Source: Schmidtea polychroa (Eukaryota). Taken from it: a stretch of DNA of 64,000 nt. The DNA is taken from NCBI GenBank assembly GCA_044892525.1, contig CM097887.1, forward strand, positions 20,584,001 to 20,648,000. Reading direction: 5' to 3'. This document shows positions 35,973-48,558 of this stretch, piece after piece; the stretch's first letter is position 1; every line of letters starts with the position of its first letter. The translations under genes and the position numbers were made by a program. The notes below the pieces were generated by a model. That model made no database searches. It saw nothing but the letters and a program-made list of their open reading frames with translations, and was not told where the DNA came from.

Positions 35973-37156
35973 TATAGTCAAAACATACATTATTAGCAGC
36001 AAAAGGCTTAAATTATCATTTAATTGTTTTAAGTTTTGTTTTAATTTTCCATTGGAAAATTTGTTCAAATTTTTGAAAATAATTTTTTAACTATGAAAAA
36101 TAAAATTCATTTGCTTAATAATTCCATTCGATATATTGTTCGATCTTTTCCGTGGAAGTTGAAAGAGGAAGGCAAGGCTTATACGGAAGCTTTAGAACTT
36201 TAACAGGAATTCAAAATGATCATTAATTACAGAGTTTCCCATAAATATAAAACATTTCTTTCACAATAATAAATATATTTTAAACAAATAATAAGCATGT
36301 ACATGGGAAATATAACACAAACGTATCTAATCCTCCATTACCCTTGTGAGATGTCATCCTGTATAAGGGGTAGAACTTATTGCTGGCTGTATTGCGTTCT
36401 GTATTGCACCTTCCTGCAACATAAAGAAGATATACAAGTGGGAACTGCCCCTCACTTCCTGGTTTTACAAGTTATGCTAGTCATTATACTGAGTGTTTAC
36501 AATTTTTACCAGATAAATCAGCGGTTCTCAAATTCTTTGAAATTTTCTGCGAGGCGGTCCCTTTACAAATTGTTAGATAGCTTGCGGACCTCTAATAATA
36601 AAAAATAAAAAAGGTATAGCAAATAAAACATATATATTGAAAAAATATTACATCGTAAAAGTTAAATAACAATTTTAATGCGACGGATCCAGGCGTTTTT
36701 TCAGAACTACCCCGTAAGGGGGCTAATGTTGAATTGATTTTTAATAACAGAAATGATTAAATTATTTTTTGATGTTTTTTTTTAAATGATTTAAAAAAAT
36801 AAATATGCGTTAGTTCGTCGCGGACCCCACTTTGAGAACCGCGGAGATAAATACTTTGATTATAAAAGAATTACTTAGAAGACACAAAAAACGATAAGGT
36901 TATGGATAAGAAAGAATACATGGATAAAAGTCGTCCTTACAGATTGGAAACGGTTCTGAACCTGATAATTGGACATATTTTAAATTTACCAATTCGTGTT
37001 ATGAATTTTTAACAAAATTTGACATACTCAACAGAAAAATGTCAAGACATCTCCCAGAGGGATACAAGAATGGTCCATTTGTTTTAAAAGTAATAGTAAA
37101 AAAGTTTCGTATACCTTTTTATTTAAATCACTAAAATTGTTTAATGAATTATTATT

Positions 37157-37325
37157 GGTTCCACGACAATTCGTCTACAGACTTTTGGTCTACGATATAT
37201 CGTCTACCTACACTTGGTCTACCGACATGTTGTCTAAAGACTTTTCGTCTACATAATATAAAATACGAAACAAAGTAGAAGAAGTATCGTTTACCAAAAG
37301 TCTGTAGACGAATTGTCATGATACC
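37157..37325. mobile_element. Mutator-like MITE, 169 bp
   Basis: TIR of about 33 bp (GG..C.ACGACAATTCGTCTACAGACTTTTGGT, imperfect), 9 bp TSD ATTATTATT (37148-37156, 37326-37334), internal GTCTAC repeats. Confidence 0.8.
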
Positions 37326-38349
37326 ATTATTATTTACCTTAGATTCTTCACCAGGAATACTAATTTTCCTGTTAAGTGGAACAATATATTTTCGAATTCT
37401 TGAAATAGTTCCTTTACTAGTTTGATACTTAATACAAAGCTTCCTTTCTGACATCTTTCCTTCTTTGAGAAATTTTGCAATTTATAACCTTTCTTCATGA
37501 TTATAAAAATATCAAAAAATACAGTATTTTAAACAAATAAAAATTCAAAAAAAAACACCTTAAAAAATAATTTTTAAGTTTTTAAAATAAATGCCCAAAA
37601 GTGAGTTTTTTTTAAATCATAACATAGAATAGAAAAATCGACTTTTTTAATTTTTGCCCCAAACCGGGGTCCGACGGTAATAAAAAAAATAAAATAAAAT
37701 AAAATGATAGAATAATAATAAAGGTTTAATATAATACCAGACCAAATATTTGGGATATGTTCAATAACTAAGGAGACATGTTTCTGATGTTTTACATATT
37801 TTGCCTAAAACTTTGAAGGCGCGATTCTTGGTTCATTGACCTCAAAGAAACAAATCTACAACCACCATAAAAATAAAGATAATCAAGTTTCACGGCCAGT
37901 GATCAAGGCAAATGATAAACTAATTATATGAAGTGACCAACGCATTCAAATGGAACATAAATTGTTTGAAGGATCCTTCAACTGCTATTGAGTATGATGA
38001 AGAGTGTGAAAAGAAGCAGTAAGTTTTCATAGTGATTCTATAATAAGGTAATGATTTAATTTTGCTTTTAATTACATTTATTGAAATAATAGGAGGATTT
38101 TATATGCTGATCACTGTTACGCAATTGAGCATGAAATTACTTACATTTTTTAACGTAGCGGTAGATTATGACATGGGACACTAGCAACCCTAACAAAATC
38201 CTGGATGTATACGCTAAAACTAAATTATTAAAATTGTTTTTAACAAACGTTTAATGGGAGAAATTATTTTCGTAAACGTCAACTGTCAGAATAAATGTAA
38301 TGCCTTAACATTTTATATTACTTCATAAACCCAAAACTAAAGCAACATT

Positions 38350-39254
38350 AAACCAACGCTAAACCAACACTAACCCAACACAAACCCAATACTAACCCAA
38401 CACTAACCCAACACCAACCCAACGCTAAACCAACAATTAACCAACACTAAACCAACACTAACCCAACACTAACCCAACACTAACCCAACACTAACCCAAC
38501 ACTAACCCAACACTAACCCAAAACTAACCCAACACTAAACCAATACTAACCCAACACTAATTAACACCAACCCAACGCTAAACCAACACTAAACCAACAC
38601 TAAACCAACACTAACCCAACACTAACCCAACACTAACGCAACACTAAACCAACACTAAACCAACACTAACCCAACACTAACCCAAAACTAACCCAACACT
38701 AAACCAATACTAACCCAACACTAAACCAATACTAACCCAACACTAACCCAACACCAACCCAACGCTAAACCAACACTAACCCAACACTAAACCAACACTA
38801 ACCCAACACTAACCCAACACTAACGCAACACTAAACCAACACTAAACCAACACTAACCCAACACTAACCCAACACTAACGCAACACTAAACCAACACTAA
38901 ACCAACACTAAACCAACACTAAACCAACACTAACCCAACACTAACCCAACACTAACCCAACACTAACATAACACTAACCCAACACTAACCCAACACCAAC
39001 CCAACGCTAAACCAACACTAAACCAACACTAAACCAACACTAACCCAACACTAACCCAACACTAACGCAACACTAAACCAACACTAAACCAACACTAACC
39101 CAACACCAACCCAACACTAACCCAACACTAACCCAACACTAACCCAACACTAACCCAACGCTAAACCAACACTAAACCAACACTAAACCAACACTAAACC
39201 AACACTAACCCAACACTAACCCAACACTAACCCAACACTAACCCAACACTAACC
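38350..39254. repeat. 11 bp minisatellite (AACCCAACACT / AAACCAACACT)n, about 80 copies
   Basis: Period of 11 read directly from the sequence; the unit contains CTAACCC. Confidence 0.95.
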
Positions 39255-40377
39255 GATCACTAACAAACAGCTATCATAGTAGAAATGTATAATGGGAAAT
39301 GTTAAAAACAATATAAATATAAATGCATATATTTACTACCGATAAAAGAGTGCAATAAAGAGGCACCCTGACTCACGCAAAGCCTAAAATGGTACTCATT
39401 CAACCATATTTCAATAAATACCACCATACGATATTTATTTGATTGTCACAGGGCGTTATCTAATCTGGCAACGTCTCTGTATATATGCGTTCATCCCTAG
39501 GCAAAATAAAATAGAAAAATGTTTTTAGGTTATTACAAAGATAAAATTTATTAGAAGTAGTTTTATTGCACCCTTCAAGATTGGAAGTCCTAAGTAAATA
39601 ATTCAACCATTAGACTTTTTAAATAGAAAAATACATTGATCTATAATAGGAAGCTAAATGAATATAAATGAAATTCTAAATGAAAAAAACTAGATCAAAT
39701 GTGAACATAAAGATAAATGATTTTATTAATAAATAATAAAGTTAACAGTCGCCTATTCTCACTGAGATAAATCCATCTATTAAAATTTTCGGGGAAACCT
39801 TTATACCGCGGTTTTCGCGACCTTTCCGTGTCTTCCTTCACCCAAAAGTTTCTGTACTAAATGGGGAAAAATGTTCTATCTAACAGTGAAAAGGTTCATA
39901 ATTTAGATTTATAAAAGCGGTAAAGTGGTTAATGCGACTATTTCTTATATAGTCTGTTGTAATTTTATTCTACCAATCAAGATTGATCTGGTGTGTTTCT
40001 GAGCAGATTTAATGATCGTCTTGAAGTTCAAAATTCCAATAATTCTGATTGGTCTATTTATTTTTTTGTTTTCATTTACTATTTTATTTTAAAATTATTT
40101 CTTTTCTTTTTATTCCTGATTGATCAAATGTTCGACTTTACGCACCATCCTTATTTCATGGATAAGGCGGTGTTTTCTCCGACTGTGTGTCTTTTTTCGG
40201 CGATTTATTTTGTCTTTACATATGTCTTAAGAGGGTTTCGTGTGCAACTGCTTGCTTCTTCACATTTTATTATTCTTGTTTTAATTATTTTTACACTTGT
40301 TTTGTTTTTACTTTGTTTTATTTGGTGTTTTTTGAATTAATTTTAAATATTCTTATTGCATTTTTAATGCTTATAGG

Positions 40378-42804
40378 TAGAGCATCTGTTTCTCGCCGGT
40401 TTCATTTCTCGTCGAGAAGAGAGTTCTCGACAAAATTTGTACGAGATCTCGAGAAATCTCGAGATATTAATACATAAGAAAATGTAAAGAAACAAAAACA
40501 AATCATATAAAGAGAGTAATATAAAATTTATTCATTTTTATTAAAATATGATTTTAAAAAACATAACATATTTATGGAATAATCTCCCAATGCAGAACGT
40601 TTTTTAGTAACAAAATTTCCGGCAGTTGAAAAAACTCTCTCACTCTCGGTCGATGTTGGCTTAATTGTTTTAACGCTTCCAAAATATTCTTCAAATTGCC
40701 CGAAATAATCCCATTTAACTCATATAAATTAAATTCTTTAGTCATGGATTTGTTTATATCCTCATTTATCGGCATTGTCTTGAACCGAGATGCGTTTTGT
40801 TGTAATTTATCCAAAAGTGTTGTACTTTGCGGCTGACTTATTCCTGTTGCTACTGTTGTTATTTCGCTGCAATTTTGTTCTTCTTCAGAGTTAACATCCT
40901 TTTGAAAGTGCTTGTTCATAATATCTTTTATTGTTTTTAAAATTTCGGTTTTAGAACACAAGTTTAGCTCTTCAAAGGAAATATTTGATTTTAATATTTG
41001 TGGATTCTGTAAGAATTGTATAACTGATACTATTTGCTTATTTCTTCTTGCGTTAAATCTGTTTTTTAATGCAGAAAGAAGTTCTTTAGCCAGACTACTT
41101 CTATTTTCATTTATGGTTTCGAATAGGAACTGGAAAATACCTTCGCTAGTCAATAAATTTGAATCTTCTTTACCGAGTGCTTCAACAGCTAATTTAACTG
41201 GCTTTAAAATATTCATTAAATTTTCCAAAATAGTGATATCATTTTCTTCAATAATATAATTTTCAATATTTAAAAATTTTAACGTATCATTAACACTTTC
41301 TTTAATTTTCAAATATCTCTCAATCATCACTACAATAGTGTTCCATCTAGTTCGGCAATCCAACAATAATGAAAGTTCTTTCCCATGCTTTTCTTTTACT
41401 TTTTTTTGCAGAATAGAATTTTTTGTTGGTGATAGTTTAAAATATTTCACGATTTTCCTCAAACGATTTAAAATAATATTAATGTCACTATTAATATTTG
41501 GTACTTGTATGTTGTAATCTTCAAAATATGTGCTTTCATCAGAAAGTTCAGAGTCCGAGGAAGATAAATAAGAGTCAATTTGTGGTAAATATTCGACAGG
41601 TTTCTTATACAGAACGTCTAAAATAGCCAAGTGAACACCATGGTTGTAGCAAAGTTGATGGTATGACGGAATCAATTTACCAAACTTTACCATAACAACT
41701 GCACCATCACTTGTGCAACTAACTATGTCCGAAAAGCTTAGTCCAAAATCACGCAATCTATTTTTAACCATTTCTACAGCCTTTTCACTTGGACAAGCGC
41801 CATCTATTCTTGCAAGTCCTAAATTACAAAATTTACCATCACTGTAGTGTAGATTAATGTTCATATACCGCTGGTTTCTTGTACTAGTCCATTCGTCTGT
41901 TGTGATGCTGAATTTGGTGTTGCTGGTTTTTAATACATTGATTTCATCGCATATATGACTTTTTATTTCATAATAATAATCTCTGACAAGTTTTTGAATA
42001 TCGGATTGATGTTTTGGTAGCGTATGGCCCCGCTCAGTAATTGATTGTCGGATGAAGCTACTATTACTGATGGCACGAAAAGATATTCCATCCTTTGCCA
42101 CTAATCGCGAAATAATTTGAGCTAAAGATGCTCGTTTTACAAATTTAAATATAGATGATTGAAATTTTGGCTTTTTGGCAGGAACATTTTCTTCGGTTTC
42201 ATTCTCTTGGTGTAAGGTATTTTTGGTCTTAATTGATATACTATGTTTCGTCTTTAAATGACGTATTAAACCAGTTGTTGATGATCCTTTAATGGATATT
42301 TTGTTTGTGCAGTAATTGCATACTACATATTCGCCTTTTTCATTTTTTTGTAATGTTTCCATGATTCTGATTCCATTTTTGGGAAGTCTAATTTTAAATT
42401 TTGAATCTACAAGTAAAAAATTTCGTTAAGAAATTGTAATAATTTATTAATTCAGTGTTATTTGAAAAATATACCTTCTTTTATTTTCGAAATATTTTTG
42501 AAATATAATAATCAGTGTCTTTACGAAATCAAACTAACATAACAAAACATTCATTTTGCATGTTAAAGAAAACCATGGAAACACAATAATCACAAAAAAA
42601 AGCAATGCAACTAGATTCAAAAAAAACCTTTTTTTTTAATTTTTCTCATAGCAAATTATCTCTCAAAAAAAAGAATACCTAGCAACTAAATTTTAAAAAA
42701 ATTATAAATTTTTTATTCTTGTCTCGACGAGAAGTACCATAAGTTAAAAAAAATACCATTCTAGCGAGAAATTTCCCGAGAGAAATCTCGAGACAGACAC
42801 TCTA
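40378..42804 (-). mobile_element. Near-intact hAT (Ac/hobo/ZBED1-like) DNA transposon, 2427 bp
   Basis: TIR TAGAGCATCTGTTTCTCG / CGAGACAGACACTCTA, perfect 8 bp TSD CTTATAGG (40370-40377, 42805-42812), subterminal CTCGAG(A) repeats. Confidence 0.93.
40530..42362 (-). CDS. hAT transposase (BED zinc finger, DDE, C-terminal dimerisation domain) with one frameshift at about 40668-40671
   Basis: VVCNYC...GLIRHLKTKH, ITTDEW, SDGA, CYNHGVHLAI, DCRTRWNT. Adding one base to a homopolymer restores TIKPTSTESERVFSTAG. Confidence 0.9.
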
Positions 42805-45122
42805 CTTATAGGGCTTGTCTCAGTATCCACTTTAATTTTATTTACTTAATTATGTTGATTAAAACAACAAAAAAAAATAACTCAAACTAAAAATGTTTGG
42901 CTGTTTATGGGCTTGGTCTAACATTTGTTCGTTTTATTATTGGAAATTGCATGTTCCGTTATTTGTATGTTCATCAATTTTTTCAACCTTTTCTTGGATC
43001 AATTAAATTTTACATGGAATAATAATCTATAATATTAAAACATTAATACATTTATATTATGGAGACACATAAATTTACTTGTGTGTTAAATTTAAATGTT
43101 TCATGATTACACCCGTTTGTGAAATATAACATAGCCTATAATCTAAAAAAAATCAATAAATATATATTATAGGAACACACCACTGTGTGTAAAAATTTAA
43201 TGCTGCGAAAGTTAACATATTTATTATAGGAATCTAAAAAGTGAGAGAAAATAATTAAGCATACAAACACAGCACACATAATGAAAAATACATACAAAAT
43301 TAAGTAAAGTGTTTTTTTTGCGAAATTAACATTGATTAACATATAATTAACATATTAATTATTTTCAAATTATTTAAAAGTTATGCGCAAAAAAACTTTT
43401 AAATCAGATTCCGACTGCTCTACCTTAGGCTTTAGAGAAAAAGAAGAATACATCGTAAGATTTAATTATAAAATAATTTTGAATATAAAATTTCTTTAGA
43501 TTTACAGATATTGAAGGTCCTTCGACATCTTTGAATTTGCAGGAAAAAAATCGCAAATCGTAAATTTTAATAAATTATTTTAACAAATTAATATTTTCAT
43601 AGAATTACAGAAAAAGACAAAATTCGAAAGAAGATTACAAAAACTTAAAAAACTATTTTATCCATTCTTTACTAAATGTCTTAAAAAAATAAATGTTTTG
43701 TGAATACTTTATTTATTTATAATTATAAAAATATCTAACTTACATTTTTACGAAATAAATCCAAATAAAAATTCATAAAATTCCTAAAAAACACCTGAAA
43801 TTTAATTATCAATGTTATATTACAAATGTTGACTAACAGTAATATTTAAGAACTTGAATAATGATCTCATAATTATATAAAATCAAAATTCAAGTCCTAA
43901 AAATTACTTTAATTCAAAAACTTACCTTAAAACGATTTTTGAAAAATAGAATAAATGAAATTAAGTTAATATTGTCATATAATTGGTGACTCACCTCAGC
44001 TGGTGTGCACACCAACGTATATTATAGACAATGTTAACTTTCGCAAACGGGTGTAATAATATTTAATATAGAAATTGAGAAAAGGTAGAATGAAATAATA
44101 ACATTTTAAATATTATATTTTAAAGAAACAATGATAGATATAAATTTAAAATTTAATGTTCCAAGTTTTACTAGATTCTGCTTTACTATTCGAAAAAATA
44201 ATAAGGAAAACATTAAATGATTAAGACGAATTTCATTTTAAATGGTTTTTATGAATACCAAAAAGTTTATTTAGCTTTATAAATTTTAAATATTATAAAA
44301 TAAATGTAAAAATATAAAAACATAATTTAGTAAAATTTCGCCAATTTTGTCCCAAAATCATAACCATCAAATTTAAGTTAAAAATAATTAAAACTTTCTC
44401 TAAATTGAAAAAAATTCCAAAAAATACCAAAGTTACGTAATTAAATTATATTAATAAATTAAATAATTAAATTTTGAATAAAACGAATTATTACTTTTCA
44501 GATTTAAGGAAATCCGGCTTGACGACCAAAAATTATTTTTCAAAATTTTTATAAATATCTTTTTTATTTAGTTATTTATCAATTTAGTTAATTTTACTTA
44601 TTCGTTTATTCTTATTGAATTAAAATTATTTGTTTGAATATTCAATTGAAAAATTATTATTTGAAATTTAAAGAAAACAGAAAAAATAAAAAAATTATTA
44701 AACAACATCAATTAACAAAAAAAATAATTTTATTTTTATATAGTTTATGAAAATGATATAAAATAAAGGGCATTCCTGTAGGAATTGAAGGCAGTAGCAA
44801 ATCGACAGTTACCAATACCTTTTATTATGACACCCAATGTAAATATAAATATCCCAAAAGAAATTTGATATCGCAAAAATCTTGCGTTTGTGAGTTTTAC
44901 AAAATGGGTTGCTAAAATAATTTATAAAATATATATTTAAAAGAAGTTTTGAAACGAAATTAATGTGAATGACGATGACCCCATTTGGGGGGGGGGTGCT
45001 ATATAAGTGATTGTTTAATAATATCAAGGATGACATTGCAATTTCAGAAAGAATTTATTCGGGAAATATTCTCAAAACATTTACAAATCAGATTCATCAG
45101 AAATAATAAAAGGTCTCAAACA

Positions 45123-45486
45123 TCATTTCGAAAGGTTTTCATTTTGTTCACCAATAATCACACGAAACGGTGGCATCCTTCCCGGTAACGCAAGATTGTC
45201 AACATTGCTAGTAGAATCATATTTGGTATCGAATTCGTGAGATTCCGGCAAGACTTTTCCTTTACGGTTTCTGTTAAATCTTTGAACTCCAAGAATTACA
45301 ATTATTATTGCAATGCTGGCGCCTGCTGCCATAATGACGGATATTATTATAATATTGTATTGGTATTGGTGATTATGACTCCATTTTCCATTTTCATCCA
45401 CCGATAATCGGACCCCCATAGGAGTTTCCAGAGAGGTGACGACAGTCATATTGGGTCCGAATCCCAACTAACAAAGACAATTTTAA

Positions 45487-45557
<71 letters not shown>

Positions 45558-47895
45558 TAGTAATAATATAAAGTCTTACATCAATAAAAGGTGGTCGGTA
45601 GAGAGGAGGTTGCTCCCTCGTGCTAAGAGCGTTATTCCTAACGCAATAAGAAATTTGACAAGCTCGGTCGACAATGGCCACATGAGATGAATATCCGGTT
45701 GAGCAACCTTGAGGCCAATATTTGGGATCTTGGGTAATATTGTGGAGAGTACTATCTAGAAGAGGATTTCCAACTTTGCAACTGAACCAGAATATGAAAC
45801 TCATTTATCATATGTATAAGATAGGGAATAATTNNNNNNNNNNNNNNNNNNNNNNNNNNNNNNNNNNNNNNNNNNNNNNNNNNNNNNNNNNNNNNNNNNN
45901 NNNNNNNNNNNNNNNNNNNNNNNNNNNNNNNNNNNNNNNNNNNNNNNNNNNNNNNNNNNNNNNNNNNNNNNNNNNNNNNNNNNNNNNNNNNNNNNNNNNN
46001 NNNNNNNNNNNNNNNNNNNNNNNNNNNTAGAATAATACCTATACATTCCTCCGAATGGCAAATGATCCCCTAAAGCCTTTTCCTTATTGAATGCTAAACA
46101 AATCTTGGCAGTCATTCCAAATTGGGATGCATAATAATTCTCTGGACAATTATAGGAACTGGTAATTGGATTTGGATAAGATTTTGTGTAAAATCCTCCA
46201 AATAAGGCACCTTCAGTATATCTGGCTTGATTTTTAGGAGCACACCAATAGAGTGCATAATGTGAGCATTCACCCTCGCATTTATTCAATCCACTTTGCA
46301 ATTCAATGGTTTCGTAGTTATCAGGGCAGGAATAACCGTTTGTTACTGGGTTAACTGCGTTTACATCTACGCACTGGGACGTTGGGCCTGTGCAGGTTTG
46401 AAAAGTTCCTCCTAGCGTATAGAATGTATTAGGAGGTTCACAAGTTCCACCATCAACATTCGCATCGTCATTGAAATTCTCTGACTCCATATTCATGCAT
46501 CCTAATGGAATGAGATCATATTATTACGGAAACATTGGAATGAAAATGAAAATTTATCTTACCCACTCTCGTGTTGGCAGCGTAATATCTATTCACAGCT
46601 TCTTTGATAAGCGTTGAGATTTTGTAAACTATTTTCTCGTCAAATTCTGGAAGACTTCTCGGTGTGATTGCATAGTTCAAGGGTTCACCTTTGCGATCAA
46701 TTGCAACCAAATTTGTTTCTAGGGTTTTCTCCCAATCTTCCAGTTTAAAATTCGAACCAAATGGTATACCACCAAAGGTTTCAATTTTAGTGCTGGCACT
46801 ATTATTATTAAATTCATTGAGGTTCGTGGTGTCACCAACATAGGTTCCTTTGAGGTTGATTGAAAGCATTGTTGTCATACTGAATGATGCGGCAGCTGCT
46901 ANNNNNNNNNNNNNNNNNNNNNNNNNNNNNNNNNNNNNNNNNNNNNNNNNNNNNNNNNNNNNNNNNNNNNNNNNNNNNNNNNNNNNNNNNNNNNNNNNNN
47001 NNNNNNNNNNNNNNNNNNNNNNNNNNNNNNNNNNNNNNNNNNNNNNNNNNNNNNNNNNNNNNNNNNNNNNNNNNNNNNNNNNNNNCTTTGACATAATTTG
47101 ATTTTAGAACGTCAGTTTTGATTAGAGTCGCTCCCGCGTCCACCGACCTAATGACATGAGTGCCGAAGTCACGGACAATTAAATCCGCTAAATATTGCGG
47201 ATAAATTGTGTCTTTCCCCTCCTTCAATAACGCTCCGATATCCAGAATTCGGTTCCGGAATTCAGGATCAAATTTGGAGTCTGGTTGGAATGAAACGGTA
47301 TATAATTCATGCCTCAACTGAGCTCGAGAAACTGACGACTTTTCTTTGATCTGAATTAAATTCGCTGATATAAATTACATTTACTTTGAATAGTTTTACT
47401 TGATCGTTCTTTATTGCTATTTTTTCAAATGAAAATGATCCACTGATCTTATAACCTATTGAAGCAAAGCTTGCGTCAGCATTTATAGACATTGCTGTTG
47501 CCGACGTGATGTTAGAGAAATGATCGAATATGTCAGAGGTTAAATCAACAGTAGATCTCTTATTTGGTCTGATTATTATGTCTTTTGGAATGAGAAAGCT
47601 GCCATCATTCGAAGCCAAACATTCTTTATATGAAATTTCCAATACTTGACCAAGTTCCTTGTTTTCAAGATTATCCCATCCAGATCCTGGAAGGATATCG
47701 AATGCGTATTGTTTGTTGGTAAGTTTGCACTCATGGACTCGCCTCTCTGATGGGAGGTCTCTGTTCGATTCGCCTTCACATGAGACGGATCTGAAAATAT
47801 TACTCCTTCAATAAAGTCTCCATTTTATCATTTACTTACAGAACTCCACAAACAAATATAAATAATATTATATTACTAAATCTACACCGTATCAT
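45123..47895 (-). CDS. MPEG1: Perforin-2/MPEG1 copy A (signal peptide, MACPF, P2, TM, tail); contains N gaps
   Basis: Spliced N-terminus MIRCRFSNIILFIFVCGVL|SVSC, LPGSGWDNL, FGTHVIRSVDAGA, WEKTLETNLVAIDRKGEPL, CMNMESENFNDDANVDGGTC, LFGGFY, CKVGNPL, and a hydrophobic TM segment near the C-terminus. Confidence 0.9.
45487..45560. repeat. (AAT)n microsatellite in the last intron of MPEG1 copy A
   Basis: AAT run between the LYRPPFID exon and the LGFGPN exon. Confidence 0.9.
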
Positions 47896-48558
47896 TGATT
47901 TCACGCTTGAGTAAATAAATGGTCAATTTGATTCCCGTTTGAAAGATTTATATTGTTTCAGGATGCACGTGATTAGAATGATCCGATTGTAGTAGAGATT
48001 CAGAATGATTACATCATCACAATGTCTACTTTGCATGTTATCGCGACTCGAGTGATGTGAATCATTCAATGAAATTTCGGCGCTCGAATTTTAATGTCAT
48101 TAATCACTCGAAATTTATTTAATTATAAATTAAAATTTTTACGCTCTACAGTTGTTCTTCATAAGGCTCCACAGCTGAATAAGAAAGCAAAAGTTAATTA
48201 ATATTTGTTAGTGAAGAGTTTTCAAATTAGAGGATATTGTAGGTCCCCGAACACATATTGGCCATTGGAAGCGATATCAGGAAAGTTGAAACCTTGAAAA
48301 CTAAACTGAAATTAATTTATAAAATGATTAATGCAGGAATTTCAAGTGATTCAAATAATCAATATTAAAGTGCCCACGATTGATTAAAATAATTCACATC
48401 ACTCAAGTCACGATAGCCCTCACCGTCGATATTGTGATGATGTAATCATTCCGAATCTCTACTACAATCGGATCATTCTAATCACGTGCATCCTGAATCA
48501 ATATAAATCTTTCAAACGGGAATCAAATTGAACATTTATTTACTCAAGCGTGAAACCA

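Noticed and set aside
39993-40477. Phe/Leu-rich membrane-protein-like ORFs
   Set aside because: T-rich low-complexity sequence that partly overlaps a transposon end, with no motifs or splice support.
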